Position numbers and translations under genes: made by a program. A stretch of DNA of 63,940 nucleotides, counting the filler, from Octopus bimaculoides (lineage: Eukaryota): NCBI RefSeq assembly GCF_001194135.2. It is 5 parts of 5 records of this genome, joined end to end, with 100 filler letters (N's around TTAATTAATTAA, not from the genome) between each part and the next. Parts side by side here need not be neighbours in the genome. Positions count along the whole stretch, not along the records: positions 62,756 to 63,940 come from NW_026406446.1; 4 more parts are not named here. One strand, 5' to 3'. The notes beneath the pieces were generated by a model. That model did no database searches and had not been told where the DNA came from. It saw only the letters and a list, made by a program, of their open reading frames with translations. Positions 63,186 to 63,940 of this stretch are shown one piece after another. Every line of letters begins with the position of its first letter. Positions within the stretch are counted from its first letter, which is position 1.

Positions 63186-63940
63186 TAATCCATGTTTTTT
63201 CCAGGCTATGCTATTATGCTAATTAATGTGTCAAACGTGTCAATTAGCGGTGTCGTCGATAATTTTTCCTTATTTCAATGATGCTGGTGACATATATTAA
63301 AAATCCCATTATGGAACTATATTCGTAAAAAAAGTAAAGGACTATATTTTTACCCTCAAATTTGAGAAACAAACATTCATAACTTTTTTTTATTTTAAAA
63401 CTTCATTGCATGAGATTGATAGCATGAGATTCCTCGAATTGAGCTCTATCCTTTAAGCTTAATTAAAATATAGTCTGTTTCTAAAATATACACTTAAATC
63501 CAATTTTTTGCCTTCCTTATATTTTTTTCATGATATTTTACCTCACAACTTTTTTGATACAAATTTTTGTTGCATGGGAACAAAACTATGAAATTCTTCA
63601 TGTTTTCTTCTATCATTGAAGCTAAGGTAAATATATTTTGCTTTTAAAATAATAAAATTATTTAGATCTAAACTTGATTGGAGGTGTTACTTACTCTCCT
63701 ATAACGTTGCTACAAATTTTGATATAAACTTTTTTCTACTGGACTAAATCTCAATTTCTTATGCCAAAATATGGCTAGAGACCAGTCCTCTTCAAAAATG
63801 TTAACAGTTTTCAATTTGGTTAAGAACTGAATTAACGACAAGCTCTAACAGAGGCCGCGTGTGGGTAAACTGCGGCCTTAAGAATATTTTTCAACTGCAA
63901 CTGTAGTTGAATGCTATGACCCCTTTTCATTCACGAATAA

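Noticed and set aside
39-63940. Long ORF-track entries rich in YI/HT/CV/SL repeats or X
   Set aside because: Translations of (TA)n, (CA)n, (TATG)n, (CT)n and N gaps; not genes.

Overview
AT-rich, microsatellite- and transposon-saturated metazoan genomic DNA from a gapped draft assembly. The SINE/RTE/mariner repertoire suggests an octopod cephalopod; this is inference, not a database match. Only one host coding exon is supported: a 167-bp exon of a lysosomal GH35 beta-galactosidase (GLB1-like) at 36897-37063 (+). It is absent from the ORF track, and no other exon of the gene was found in the window. Nearly all long ORF-track entries are microsatellite or N-gap artefacts. The rest is mobile DNA: at least three SINE families (some with TSDs), RTE-clade LINE pieces, two R4/Dong-like RLE retrotransposon relics, DD34D mariner and DD37D maT transposons, MITEs, and a Penelope-like (GIY-YIG) fragment. 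The most notable signal is a dispersed set of type I hammerhead ribozyme (HHR) motifs. One looks fully intact and has an unusual 100-nt extended stem II (20665-20793, +). A related long-stem-II copy is at 3809-3900 (-). Minimal or decayed copies lie at 673-699, 17744-17780, 22657-22772 (inverted cluster) and 61552-61602, the last just downstream of the Penelope ORF. Folds were derived by eye and activity is untested.
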